A stretch of DNA of 64,000 nt from Malacoraja senta (taxonomy: Eukaryota), in NCBI GenBank assembly GCA_038087875.1, contig CM075994.1:3226001-3290000 (forward strand), given 5' to 3'. The translations under genes were made by a program, and so were the position numbers. Below the pieces are notes generated by a model. It searched no databases, had not been told where the DNA came from, and saw only the letters and a list, made by a program, of their open reading frames with translations. The first letter of the stretch is position 1. Every line of letters starts with the position of its first letter. Of the stretch, positions 41,168-54,815 are shown piece by piece.

Positions 41168-41834
41168 GTGAGTATGATCTAACTTTGTCCTAGGAAAAAG
41201 AGAAATATTGAACTAGAGAAATAGAGAAATAATTTACTAAATTAACTGTGTCGAATGGAATTATGGGTATTAACCTTCTTTTGATATCAATAACTTCTGA
41301 AATATAATTGCCAATTGATACTTCAGTGTCTCCAATGCAGTAGCGTTATCTCATTCGTTGCTGGTAGAAAGATACGTTCTGATGAGTAGCAATATTGGAT
41401 TATAATGGTGAGAAAGAGAGAAAATGATTATGAACCATGGCGTTTCTATACAACTCGGAATTTCTGTGAACTATTGTGCACTTTACAGTTTAATGTATTC
41501 ACGGAAACTAGAATTATGCCAATGCATATAGATGTTACCAAAAAGCAAGTGTGTAGTCAGGAAATGCAATTATACAGACATAACACCAATGCGTCTTTCC
41601 ATTAAACGAGCAAAGCACAATATGCAAACGGAACTTAACTGGTCAGGTGCCGTCTCTGGAGGTGATTGATACGAGACATCTCTATCCATGACACTTCTTC
41701 AGATTGAAAAATTAATAAAGAATTGTCCGACTCGAAACGTCGCCAAATCTGTCGTGATCACGGCCGAATCCTTGAAGCCTGGATAATTTTATCACGTTCC
41801 TTCACTGCTCAGACAAAACCTATATTTTTAGCAG

Positions 41835-41870
41835 ACATAACACAAATCACCCGTGAACAGTGCAACTGCG
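41835..41870 (+). CDS. Microexon 36 nt, (D)ITQITREQCNC
   Basis: tatttttagcag|...gcg|gtagat; length fits the 27/36 alternation. Confidence 0.55.
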
Positions 41871-42222
41871 GTAGATGTACCACTCCTATTCTCCCATGCA
41901 AATTAAAATAAAATTATCGCCTAAGTTGATGAGTTGCAAAAATATACAAGAAAATTGATGCAGACTATTGCTGGCCTGTGAAATGTTTCACCTTTTTCTG
42001 ACATGAATTGTTTATGTGAGCAAACCGAAACGGGTAATTTATTAAGGATACATCTCCCTTGCCACGTGGTATAATACTACCATCACGATTGAAACAATTA
42101 CGTGGAAAGGATACAAACTGATGGAGTCTTAATGTGCCGCCGTATCCCTCCAGTGTGAATGAAAATGTATACGTTCAATTTACAAAATAACACGTCTGAA
42201 TTCATTTCATTCTATCCGACAG

Positions 42223-42249
42223 AAGCACAGCTCAGAACAAATGGACAGG
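42223..42249 (+). CDS. Microexon 27 nt, (E)AQLRTNGQ
   Basis: ttcattctatccgacag|...cagg|gtgagg. Confidence 0.72.
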
Positions 42250-42830
42250 GTGAGGAAATTAATATGATATGTTTGGATCTTACGAAAGATTGTCACTAAA
42301 ATTACCATTTGAACCACACGACAAGTGCTAATCCGAAAAAAATCTGGAGATTTTTGCGCATTTTGCCGGAATGATTTACGAATGAAAAATGATGTGTTTT
42401 GTGGATTCTTGGTGGGGTTCACAATATCTGCGAATTTGAAAGTATAATAAATAACGCGGGAAATCTCAAAATATATTGCATTTGGCATCAATTCGCGCAG
42501 AAGCAACGACGATTTCCTTTCTCCTAATTGAATTCAGGCTGATTCAGTGCTCGAACAATTTATCGTGGTATTCATTTCCCGTCGTCGATATGGAATTCAA
42601 ACGAAGTTGCATCCATCCGCAAAGTACATCGACAAGCTAGTAGAATTTGTAATTGACGGGTTAAAAATATGCTATGGAATTTTTTGGATAAATGAAGACA
42701 TTGTTCCTTCTCCTAGAAAACCCATTTGTTATGTGCAATGTAATGGATTGTTGCTCCAGTATATATATACAAATGAATCTCAATCAATGCAAATGAAAAA
42801 ATCAAATAACGCATCTATTTCCCTCATCAG

Positions 42831-42866
42831 AATTGGAAAGAACTGAGCGAAGTTTTGCAGCTACGG
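42831..42866 (+). CDS. Microexon 36 nt, (E)LERTERSFAAT, donor apparently mutated (TTGAGA)
   Basis: Good acceptor tttccctcatcag; ends acgg|ttgaga versus acgg|gtgaga at 55988. Confidence 0.55.
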
Positions 42867-42994
42867 TTGAGATAATTTACAGAGGCGTGCCCACACAGAC
42901 GTTCTCTCCCATGACACATATTTGGGAGTTGCGGGATTACAGAATTCGCGATGCAATGCAATACATCTGATAATGTCCTATTTCAATTTGCCAG

Positions 42995-43021
42995 ACAAAA
43001 TGCTGAAAGATAAAGAAAGTG
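42995..43021 (+). CDS. Microexon 27 nt, (D)KMLKDKES
   Basis: tttcaatttgccag|...agtg|gtacgt; junction nearly identical to the 21186 exon. Confidence 0.8.
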
Positions 43022-43268
43022 GTACGTTTTTGTAAATATACTCTCAGTAACTCGTTTTCCTGTAAAGAAATCACCTGTTTACAGTCAGTGTAAGAATATA
43101 TTTCGTTGTGGTGGGAAGCTGATTTTACTCAGCAGATAAGCAGATAAGAATTCATGCTCCCCAGAGGAGTTGCCTGACTCGCTTAGTTACTGCAGCATTT
43201 TTTTAAATGAAAACTAGAATCTGCTGTTTCTTGTTTCCGTAAACGTTCCAGTAACATTTTAATTCCAG

Positions 43269-43292
43269 TAGAATGCGCGTTGGTTACTCGGC
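43269..43292 (+). CDS. Microexon 24 nt (V)ECALVTR, or 21 nt from 43272 via NAGNAG
   Basis: ttttaattccag|tag...ggc|gtaagt. Confidence 0.65.
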
Positions 43293-43491
43293 GTAAGTGT
43301 ATATTTTTGTTAGGCCCACGTTACCCTGGATTAATGGTTCTTTAAATCTGTCGGGGAAGCATTAAATTTATTCTGAAGACGGGTCTTTTGCTGCCCTCTA
43401 GTTCCATTACGCGATCTATCCAATAAGCTTTCAAAGATAATGGTCACATTCTCTTTCATTTCCATATTATTCGTAAGAACATCCAGTCTAA

Positions 43492-43720
43492 AGGGCCTGT
43501 CCCACTTCGGAGTCATTTGCGCGTCACGCAGATGGCGCGCAAAGATTTTGTACATACAACATTTTGAGGCGCCGCGCGCGACCGCGCGTCACTGCCTATG
43601 CCAGCACGAACCATGCGCGCGTAATGAGCACCACGCGCGCATCACGTGCGCAGCACAATGCGCGGTTTGTGCGTCGTGACGCGTAAGCTACGCGCAAATG
43701 ACGCCCGTGGAACAGGCCCT
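43492..43720. mobile_element. Short CpG-rich PIF/Harbinger-like MITE
   Basis: TAA|AGGGCCTGTCCCAC ... GTGGAACAGGCCCT|TAA; TAA TSD. Confidence 0.85.
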
Positions 43721-43809
43721 TAAAGATCAAACAAATTTTATGGCACTTTCGTGTTCTCAGTTTTAAACAATCCGGCTCCTTATGGATGATCATCGATGAA
43801 TGCAAGAAG

Positions 43810-46557
43810 GCGCGGCCGGGTCCTATCGCCGTCGTGGTAGCTCCGCTGAAACTGTGTGTTTTTTTAACTTGCATTTTCGTTTTAAATGTATTTCTAAGTA
43901 CTAACTCACTAGCACTAACAACGTACGATCCGGAAATCTCTTAAAAATAAACTTTAGCGTAACCGAAGACGTTTTAAACACTGTAATCATCGATCCAGCG
44001 TGGCCGGCAGATCCAAAGAGCGCGCCGCAGCAACAACAATGGGAGCGCGGCTCCGAGAAAAAGCAGGAGAAAACATCGGGGTAGCACTATCGGCCCCACA
44101 CGATGTGCTATGTCAACAGCGAAACAAGAATCCCGATGCAGCTATGGTGGTGGCTGAAACGTTTATTAAATCAAATCTACAAAATGTCATGCCTAACTTC
44201 TGCCAATACATCACGTGTGCCACCGGGGGGCAACTTTGGACCACTGCTACAGGCCGTTCAGGAAAGGCTACAAGGCCGTTTCACTCCCTCCATTTGGAAA
44301 ATCTGACCACGCTTCCATTTTCCTGCTGCCGGAGTATAAACAACGGATAGTACGGGAAGCGGCAGTGACAAGGTACGGAAAGCGGTGGTTCAACCAGTCA
44401 GAGGCCATGCTACAGGATGCACTGACTGATGTCGACTGTAATATGTTCCAAGCAAGCTCCATTGACGACAGTGAGTTCGCGGAAGCGGTCACGAATTTCA
44501 TTGCAACAATAGCCGACAACATCGTCCCCACAGTAAAGGTTAGCATCATTCTTAATCAAAAACCCTGAGTGGACAGGTGCATTCGGGTTGCCTTGAAAGC
44601 TCGCACCGCTGCTTACAACTCTGGCCTGGCATCCGGAAATATGGACGACTTCAAGGTAGAGTGCTACCGACTGCGACGGGCGTGTAAGGACGCAAAAAGG
44701 AGGTACAGGGACAGGATGGAGGTCGCAGGTGGAGCAGAAGGACACCAGACGCATTTGGCAGGGGCTACGGATTATAACTAACTTGGCGAGCACCCCACCC
44801 CCACCCTTCAACCGGAAGTGCCGGCACCTACATAGCTGACGACATGAACTCTTTCTACGCGGGATTCGAGACGGGCAATATCACCCCTAGCTCGCTGGCT
44901 AACAACAACACAACCAGCGTGCTGGCTAGCGAGGCTGGAGGGAGGCCCTCCGCTGGGGATGTGCACACATTCTCGTTTTATGAGCACGACGTGAGGAGGG
45001 CTCTGACACGAGTGAACACGGGGAAAGCTGTAGGCACAGATGGTATATCTGGACGAGTACTTAAGTCTTGCGTTACTTAGCTAACTCCAGTCCTCACCAC
45101 AATATTCAACCTATGCCTGGCCAAGTCCGTGGTCCCTGCCTGCTTCAAAAGCTCCATCATTGTACCTGTACCAAAGAATGCCTCTGCAGCTTGTTTGAAT
45201 GACTACCGACCGGTGGCCCTCCCCTCGGTAGTCATGAAATGCTTCGAGAGGCTGGTAAAGACCCACAACTGCACCTTCCTACCTCGCAACTTGGACCCGC
45301 TACAGTTCGCATACCGTTCGAACAGATCCACGGACGATTCAGTCTCCCAGGTTCTGTACACGGCTCTCTCTCACCTTGACAGCCAGAAGGGGGGCTATGT
45401 GAGGATGCTGTGCATTGACTTCAGTTCAGCTTTCAATACGATAGTCCCCACCAGACATGCTGAGAAGCTGCTGGAACTGGGGCTTAACACTCCCCTCTGT
45501 GCCTGGGTCCTGGACTTTCTCACTGCCATGCCCCAGGTATTCAAGATGGGAAGACATACATTGAGCACCCTCATTCTCAACACATGATCCCCCCAGGGTT
45601 GCGTCCTCAGCCCCCTACTGTACCCGTGTACACACACGACTATGTAGACAGGTTCAGCTACAACTCCATAATCAAGTTTGCTGATGACACTGTGGTGGTG
45701 GGCCTGATCTCCGATAACAAAGAGAAGGCCTACCGGGAGGAGTTGTATGATCTGGCACTCTGGCGTCAGGACAACAGCCTCCTCTTGAATGTCATATAAA
45801 CTAAGGAGCTGGTTCTGGACGTTAGAAAGGCACAACATTCGAGGACGTATACGCCACTGGAGATAAATGGGGCTACTGTGTTTAGGGTGAGCTGCTTTAA
45901 ATACCTGGGAGTCCACATCACAGAGGATCTGACATGGACATCACGCGCTGCCGCTCTGGTGAGTAAGGCAAGGCAGCGCCGTTACAACCTCAGGCAGCAG
46001 AGGAAATTCAGAGTCTCTCTGAGGATCCTTCTGTGCTTCTACTCAGGGGCTGCAGAAAGCATCTTGTCCGGGAACATCACAATCTGGTTTGGGAACTGCT
46101 CTGCCCAGGACAAGAAGGCTCTGCAGAGAGTAGTGTGTTCGGCCGAACGCACTATGGGAACTACACATTGCCCCCCTGCAGGAAATATACATCAGAAGAT
46201 GCAGATCCAGAGCCATCAACATAATGAAGAACACCTACCACGCCAGCAACGGACTGTTCCAGCTGCTACGGTCAGGCAAACGCCTCCGCAGTCATGCTGT
46301 GAAAAATTAGAGGATGAGACGGAGTTTCTTCCCACAGGCCATCAGGACTGTAAACTGTTATCTCACCTGGGACTAATTTACTATACTAGTCTACTGTTGT
46401 GTTGTGTGTTTTAAAAGTGCTGTTTTTTCCATTATGTATATATTGATTCCGTTCTATTCTGTTATGTAGCTTTTTGCACAATCCGCAGGCATTGCCACTT
46501 TCATTTCACTTCACATCTTGTATGTCTATGTGACAAATAAAGTTGACTTGTCTTGAC
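43810..46557 (+). mobile_element. Rex1/Babar-type LINE, decayed (endonuclease end plus RT)
   Basis: LDHCY...FGKSDH, LNDYRPVAL, DPLQFAYR, DFSSAFNTI, KFADD; tail aataaagttgacttg. 5' boundary uncertain. Confidence 0.88.
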
Positions 46558-46769
46558 TACTAAAATGTGATGTGGTGAAACGTCAATGTTAATGTCGCCA
46601 ATGCTCTCATAAATGCTTACCTGTTTACTGCAATGCTACATTTTGGAAGGGTCTGGCATACCGTTGTAGAGGACAAATGTGGCAAACTCATTATCTATCC
46701 ACTCTGAATACCACATCGTCATGATTCTTTTTGAATCGTCTGTGAGATGTCCTTCTAATGAAGGAATGA

Positions 46770-47545
46770 GTGAATGAATGTATGAATGAATTAATAAGTT
46801 TATTAACCAAGTATTCACATACAAGGAATTTGCATTGGTGCTCCTCCCGTAAGTGACAACATGACATACAGTGAAAGAGGAATGACGCATAAAACATTAA
46901 ACATTAATCATAAAACATTATCTATTAAACATGTGAGTAAAATAAAATGCCAGAGCAAAAGGAGGCTACAGATTTTTGGTTATTGAGTAGAGCTACTACT
47001 CGAGGAAAAAAGCTGTTTTTCTGTCTGGCTATGACAGCTTTGACAGTCCGGAGTCGCCTTCCAGAGGGAAGTGACTCAAAGAGTTTGTGGCCAGGGTGAG
47101 AGAGATTAGAGATTATCTTACCCGCTCGCTTCGTGGCCCTTGCAGCGTGCATTTCGTCAATGGAGGGAAGGATGCAGCCAATAATTCTCAGCTGATCGGA
47201 CGATTCGCTGCAGCCTCCGGATGTCGTGTTTGGTGACTGCAATGCTACATTTTGGAAGAGCCAAACCAGACCATGATAGAGAAGGTGAGGACAGACTCTA
47301 CGATGGCTGTATAGAATTGGACTATCATTTCATGTGGCAGATTGTGCTTCCTCAGCTGCCGCAGGAAATACATCCTCTGTTGTACCTTTTTGACTGTGGG
47401 GTCGATGGCGGCCCCCCATTTATGGTCCTTAGAGATGATGGTTCCCAGGAACTTGAAACACTCCACAGATGTGATTGTGGTTTTGTTCCTGGTGAGTGTG
47501 GTGAGGGGAGGGGGGGCTCTGCAAAAGTCTATAGTTAATTCCACT
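46770..47545 (-). mobile_element. Rex1/Babar-type LINE 3' fragment
   Basis: FKFLGTIIS...QQRMYFLRQL, HPGHKLFESLPSGRR; (ATTC)n tail. Confidence 0.85.
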
Positions 47546-49019
47546 GTCTTAAGAGCATTGATCTACATTCGATATCGGCTTCCAAATGTTTTAGACTGAA
47601 CTTTGCAATAACAAAGGGCGTTGCGCACATAGATGTTTGTCCCAATGCAAGATAGCCCTTCGGTTTATCGTCGGCGCCTATTTAAATGGTAGGTAATGAG
47701 AGGAAGCATAATCTGCTGGGAATTTAAAAAAAAAAGACCAACTACCTTCGACTAAAGATCACCCTCGTCAGAAGAATTAAAGCTTTCGTGTTATTCAACT
47801 TCGCGATATTGAAATACAATAGCGTTATGTCCCTCAAATTCCATACATTTCAAAACCCTCTCATGGTAAATGAGAAATACGTATGTTACTGGTTAACAGT
47901 GTGAACACCTCAATAATACACGATGCATTTACTGATCATATTTACTAATTATATATTTTCAATTGCGGGGATTATTTTGACTTGAACAACCCTTCGGCTG
48001 AAAGACTAAATTCGGATTGTTACAATAATAATATTTTCCAAGTCCATGGAATATATTATATTTTATAATATACCCCATATTGTATTTCTGTTCATTAAAC
48101 CAACCCATTCAATTACAAATTAATAAAAAATAAATTTGACTGATATAAAGGAAAACGGTCGAATATGTTCACATCCTATTCTGTGTGTCGCTTTATTCTG
48201 ATTACTTTGAAGACAATTCTAAAAAGAACTGCATTTTAAATGCATGCTTTATAACCATAATGCCAGATTGATGAAAGAGAGTTCGGGATATGTTTTTTCA
48301 CAGACAACATTTGAACTATACAAGTTGCATTGCTACTTTAGGCGAAATGATGTTTGCTTATAATGTCTACTCATTTTGATTTTTTCATCGTATTAACCGT
48401 CCTCAAATTAGAAGACACTCCGGTATGTTTCATGTGAAATTATCAGACTCATTTTTCATCTTTTTACCGTATGCTTTAGCAATGAACAGCTAACCAAGAT
48501 TTATCTTTCCTCGCGACGTGCAGGGACATAGCACACTATTTGATAGATGTTGTTTCTTCGAAAGATCATGTTGAGAGCTGTCTGTTTTTTTTACAATCTA
48601 CTGTTGCATATAGCATTGCACACTGGGTGGCCTGGGATGCAATAATCTCTATCACGACTGTTTAAAAGCCTTTAAACCCATCCACCCAAATCAGCTTTTG
48701 ATGATGTACATGAATGATCTCATTATTGAGTCAAATACGCTCTCTGTCTTCCCGTAGTATTCTAGCCGCTTTGCTTATCAAATATATCTTTAATTTTGCG
48801 TTACATTCAATACCCGTTTTCAAGCTGCCCTTTAACTATGAGAGCAATGAACACTTTGGAGTTTCTCTTGGACAGGAAATAACCCCATATCTGTCTTCAT
48901 TGGGCAACCACATTTTTAAACGGAAACATTCCACCTGCAAGCGGCTTCGACCTGCCATCTGCGTGCTAGAGGCAATTTACATTGCTTAATGACGCTACCC
49001 ACGGCTTTGATATTTGAAA

Positions 49020-49155
49020 CTGAATCGGAGGACGCAAACCTATGAATCATATGAAGAAGGTGCAAACTCCGCAAGACAGCACCGGACATCAAAATTGAAC
49101 TGCGGTCGCTGGGATTGCGATGCACAAATTTAGCAATTGTGCCTCCGTGCTTCCC
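49020..49155 (-). mobile_element. Old tRNA-SINE 5' fragment
   Basis: tgcaaactccgcaagacagcacc...aaaattgaactgcggtcgctgg resembles the SINE head. Confidence 0.55.
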
Positions 49156-49636
49156 TTATAAATTGTACAACGCCAACTCGCAAAGGATTTTTTACCGAAC
49201 TTTTTTGACACCCTGCTTACCGAAAAAAACGAGTTAAGGAACATGGCATCGTTTGCGACATTTCCAGTCGTAAATAAATAAAGCACACCAGCATTAATCA
49301 AAGATGCCATGAAGATATGAATTGAAGACATTTTTCCAGAGCATGCATGCTAAAGGTTTATCCTGTGGGTTCAGGGTTGGAAAGCATGAATCGTTTTCAA
49401 ATCGCAAATTAGAACACCTGCATAACGTTTTTTTTAATTTGTGGCTGGCAAGGCTTCTCGACTGCACCTTCCCCTCACAATAAAACATCCCATCACGTTC
49501 CACTGAAATATTCGCCCCTGCTGTGTTCCAGCTACTTTGCACACGATTTATCACATTCGTTCAAGGACCATCTTCATATCTATATTACAAAAACGCTTCT
49601 CTTGTTTGTGTGTATGTATATATGTGTGTATGTGTG

Positions 49637-49806
<170 letters not shown>

Positions 49807-49876
49807 GTGTGCGTGTGCGTGTGCGTGTGCGTGTGCGTGTGCGTGTGCGTGTGCGTGTGCGCGTGCGCGTGTGCGT

Positions 49877-49992
<116 letters not shown>

Positions 49993-50212
49993 GTTTGTGT
50001 GTCATCTGGGCACAATCTGGCTAATTCTTATTTTCCTCCGAACGCTAGGCCACAGCCTTCCCATTTTCAAACATACTACACCTTTTTCCCGTGGAGGCGA
50101 TAAACATCTTTCCGTCGCATTTCTACCTTTATTGCCGAAGTTATTGATCCTTGAAATTTTAAAAGCAGCCCAAACTCACCGACTGTCGTGTGACCATCAT
50201 TTTCCTGCCGCC

Positions 50213-52053
50213 AGCACCAGCATAACTGGGTCCCCTGCTAAGTGCGAGGAATTTACTACATTTTTCACCAGCAAGACAAAAAACATAAGAACAAACATTT
50301 CCCCTCCCACCCGTGACCTGGCTGTCTCATTGGTCTGCTCTTCAAAATTTGATTGTTTCCAACCCGTTACTCTACCCTCCCTTGTAAAACTGATCACCAC
50401 CATGAAACCTACTGCCTGCCCCCTCGACACTGTCCCATCTGCCCTCCTAAAGGACGTCATTACAACAGCCGGTCCCAGCATCCTCGCCATCTTCAACAGC
50501 TCTCCGGCCACTGGCACTCTACCGACCTGCTTCAAGCATGCGGTGGTCCAGCCACTCCTGAAAAAACCTAACCTCGACCCCACCTTGCCAAGCAACTACA
50601 GACCCATTTCCAAACTGCCTTTCCCCTCATAAGCCCTTGAAAAGGTAATTTTAAGTCAACTTATGCCTTACCTTCACCAAAACACTATATTTGAAACTTT
50701 CTAATCAGGTTTCAGGGCTCACCACAGCACAGAGTCTGCCTTGTTGAAGGTACATAATCACCTACTGCTCACCGTTGACTCCGGCGACTGTGCAATCCTG
50801 CTCCGTCTTGACCTCAGCGCAGCATTTGATACTGTCGACCACACCATCCTAATTGACCGTCTCCGGTACGGGGTTGGTATAGATGGTACTTTCCTGAGCT
50901 GGTTCATCTCCTACCTCAATGGTAGGAGTTTCTCGACTAACATAGCCAACTCTTTATCCTCCCCAGCTAATCTCTGCTGTGGGGTTCCACAAGGTTCCAT
51001 CCTTGGCCCCATTCTCTTCTCCCTGTATATGCTCCCCTTAGGCCAAGTCATTGAAAGGCACGGCATTTCCTTCCATTGCTACGCAGACGATACACAATTC
51101 TATCTCCCCTTGAAGCCCCAAAACCAATCCGATCTGCTTAACCTTACCCGCTGCCTCGAGGATATAAAGTGTTGGATGGCCCAGAACTTCCTCCAACTAA
51201 ACGAGAGTAAGTCTGAGGTCATCCTTCTCGGCCCCTCGGACTCAATCAAAATGATAGCAGGCAGCCTTGGAAGCCTTACCGCACTACTCAAACATCACGT
51301 CAAAAACCTTGGCGTGATATTTGACTCAGCACTGAAATTTGACAAACAAGTCACTGCCGTGGTAAAAGCTAGCTTCTTTCAGCTTCGCACGATACCTAAA
51401 ATAAAACAATTCCTCCACTTTGATGACCTCGAAAAGATCATCCATACATTCATCTCCTCCCGCCTAGATTATTGCAAATCCCTTTACACTAGCATCAGCC
51501 AATCTCCCCCGTCCCACCTGCAACTGGTCCAAAACGCCGCAGCGAGACTCCTGACGGGCACCCGAAAAAGGGACCACATCACCCCGATCCTGGCCTCTCT
51601 CCACTGGCTCCCTGTGCGGTTCCGTATATATTGCAAGATCGGCCTCTATGTCAACAAAGCCCTCAATGGGTTTGCCCCCACCTACATTAAAAGTCTTCTC
51701 ACCCACCACTCCACCTCCAGGTCCCTCAGATCGGCCGACTTGGGGTTGCTGAATATCCCGCGGTCTAGGCATAAGCTCAGGGGCGACAGCGCCTTTGCGG
51801 TTGCAGCTCCTAGACTGTGGAACAGCATCCCCCTTCCCATCAGAACTGCCCGCTCCATCGACTCCTTTAAGTCAGGACTAAAAACGTATCTATTCTCCCA
51901 AGCCTTTCTCGACGTCCTCTGACCGAGGGCTATATGTATATATGTATGTAGTTTGTTTGTTTATATTATTCTTATAACAATTGTAAAGCACTTTGGCCAA
52001 CGAGAGTTGTTTTTTAAATGTGCTATATAAATAAATGTGACTTGACTTGTCTT
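50213..52053 (+). mobile_element. L2-clade LINE, 5'-truncated; 393-aa RT ORF at 50741-51922
   Basis: [41 protein letters not shown]; gacttgactt tail. Confidence 0.92.
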
Positions 52054-52644
52054 GGATTGAAAAATAAACCCGAAGAACTTCACAAGGCAGGGCGGGACAC
52101 TCGCAGACCTCAAGTCCTCTGGTCCTCGTATCCTCGCGTCCACGCCCGCCCGGGCCTGCCCGCGGTCTCGCTCGGATCTGGGCTTCAGCTGGAGCCGAGC
52201 TTGGTGCTGGAGCTCGGGGATTGGGATGGGGCCGGGACCGGAGCCGGGAAAGAAGCCACTGTTGGAACCAAGTACCAGCCTGTGTCCGGGGTCAGGTACG
52301 AACCCGGAGAAGAATTCGGGGACTGGACTGCAGCCCAAGTGGCGGCCGAGGTGACGGCTGCAGTCTATAGCCAGGGCCGGACCGAGTACGCGAACCAGGC
52401 CGAGTTCCAGGCCCTGGCACTGCTTTACAATCTGGGTAGGTGCTGGGGTAGGGAATGGGAGTGAGGGGAGGAGGATACGGGAAATAAGGAGGGAGATGGG
52501 GTGGGATCTCCACCCCCTCCCTCTCTGCCGCTCCCCCTGTCTACCCCACTCCCCCTCCCTCCACCTTCCCTTACTGCTCGCCACCCCTCTCTCTAACTAA
52601 CTACACCCTCTCCCTCCTTCTCTACCCCTCCCCCTCCCTCTTCA

Positions 52645-54815
52645 TTTAAATCATTTTATTTGAATTTCACAGCAATTTGCATACATACTATGATAACAGA
52701 CAGTGACAGTCAAGGCATAATTGTGCAACAGTATGTAAGCGACCCTCAAAGCCCTTACACTTAGCCCCCTTCAACCCACCCGAATCAGGTCGGAACCAAA
52801 CGGGGACAAACAACACTCACATACGTACACATCCACACAAATATGGTAAGATAAACGAAACAAAAAGTACTAAAGAAAGAAGAAAAAAAAGAAAAAGAAA
52901 AAAATAACACTTATAACAGTAAATAAGTAAGTAATTAAATAAATAAGTGTGGGGAGGGCGGGGTTAAGGGGAGAGCAGCTGCAGTAGAGCAGAACAATGG
53001 TGGAGAGCACTCAGTCCTCTTCCGAGTCCGGGGACTGGTTGAGAGAGTTAACAAGTTCCAAGAAAGGGTTCCATGTATCTAGGAAGGTCTTGGTAGAGCA
53101 TTTGAGAGAGAACCTACGTTTTTCAAGCTTTAAATTGTAAAGCACCTCCTTAATCCAGCGGGCGTGTGTCGGGGGACAGGTGAGCCTCCAGTTAAGCAAG
53201 ATCAGTCTCCGGGCTAACAAGGTAGTAAAAGCTAGGACCTGTTTCACCGCAACAGAGAGGTTGGTGTTGGGAGGGGTACCTAAAATGGCAGACATTGGGT
53301 TTGGAGGAATAGTCTGGCAGTAGGCTCTGCTTATCAAGTCGAAAGCACTCCTCCAAAAGGCTGCTAGCTTAGGGCAAGACCAAAACATATGGCTATGGTT
53401 GGCAGGGGATTGATTACATCTGTTACATCCCTAACAGCGGGGTAAATCCTAGATAATCTTGCATTTGTGTAGTGGACTTTGTGAAGGACTTTGCATTGGA
53501 TTAGGCCATGACGGGCACATATGGAGGAAGAATGGATCAAATCCAAGGCAGAGTCCCATTGCTGGTCTGTTAATTTCGTATTCAGCTCACCCTCCCACGC
53601 AGCTTTTAATGAGGTATGAGGTTTCAATATAACCGACCCTAGCAAGTTATACAAAACAGAGATGCATTTCTTCCGGTTGGGATCTAGAGCTAAGATGGTA
53701 TCGGTCAGGGTTTCAGGGGGGCGATTTGGGAAATGGGGGAATGTCTTCTTCACAAAATCCCTAATCTGGAAAAAACGAAAAAGGTGGGAGTTTGGGAGGC
53801 TGTAGTTGGACGAGAGCTCCGCAAAGGACGAAAAGATGTCATCCTTGTATAGGTTTTTGATACTACTGATACGGTTGCTATGCAAGGTTTTGAATGCGTG
53901 GTCTGTACTTGAAGGTTTAAAGATGTGATTTTTAAGCAGTGGGGTCAAAATGGAAGGGCATTGTAAACCGAAGTTTTTCCTGAGTTGACTCCATGTCTTG
54001 AGCGAGAGGGACGCAATTGGGCCTGCACCCACAGATGTTATAGGAAGGGGGAGTTGGGAACATAGGACAGACCGCAACGGGAGACGTGAACTCTCCTTTT
54101 CCATGTGTACCCAGGTCGGTAGGTGGTCGCAATCATCATTCATCCAATACAGGAGTTTTTGCAAATTAGCTGCCCAATAGTATCGCCTAAAGTCAGGAAA
54201 TGCCAACCCGCCGTCACTCTTAGGAGACTGCAGTATCGCCTTTCGTATTCTAGACGGTTTGCTACCCCATAAAAATTTAGATATTGTCCTTTCTAATTGA
54301 TCAAAAAAGGATTTAGTGATAAGTATAGGGACGTGCTGGAAAAGATACAGGAATTTGGGTAGGACGACCATCTTGACCAGATTTATCCGGCCCACGAGGG
54401 ATAGCTGTAAAACTGACCAGCGGTCAAAATCTCTTTCGGCTTTCTCAACCAGAGGCAGAAAGTTTGTGCGGAAAATATCAGATAAGGGTGTTGTGATAAA
54501 AACGCCGAGATAGCGAAACCCGTCCTCTGCCCATTTGAATGAGGTTAAAGAGCGAGGGAGCTGCTTAGCCAATGAGTTAATCGGTATTAGCTCACTCTTT
54601 TGGTAGTTACGTTCATAACCAGAATACGCACCAAACCGTTCTAAAATATTCGTAATCACAGGGAGAGAACTGACTGGGTTGGAGCTGTACAGGAGCAGGT
54701 CATCCGCATACAATGAGACTTTATGAGTTGTGTCAAACCGTGTAATACATTTAAAGCCCTTCTCTGAGCGTAACCAGACCGCCAAGGGTTCTATCGCGAC
54801 AGCAAACAGGAGTGG
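52645..54815 (-). mobile_element. L1-clade LINE, 3' half of ORF2
   Basis: 473-aa ORF with SLYADDLLLY, GFRYLGV, LPKFLYLFQ, GGLAFPD; frameshifted HMFWSCP; A-rich 3' UTR. Confidence 0.9.

Noticed and set aside
47656..48422. Exon-like pieces at 47656-47688, 48304-48341 and 48391-48422
   Set aside because: Poor acceptor, in-frame stop or non-triplet length; may be decayed exons but unsupported.
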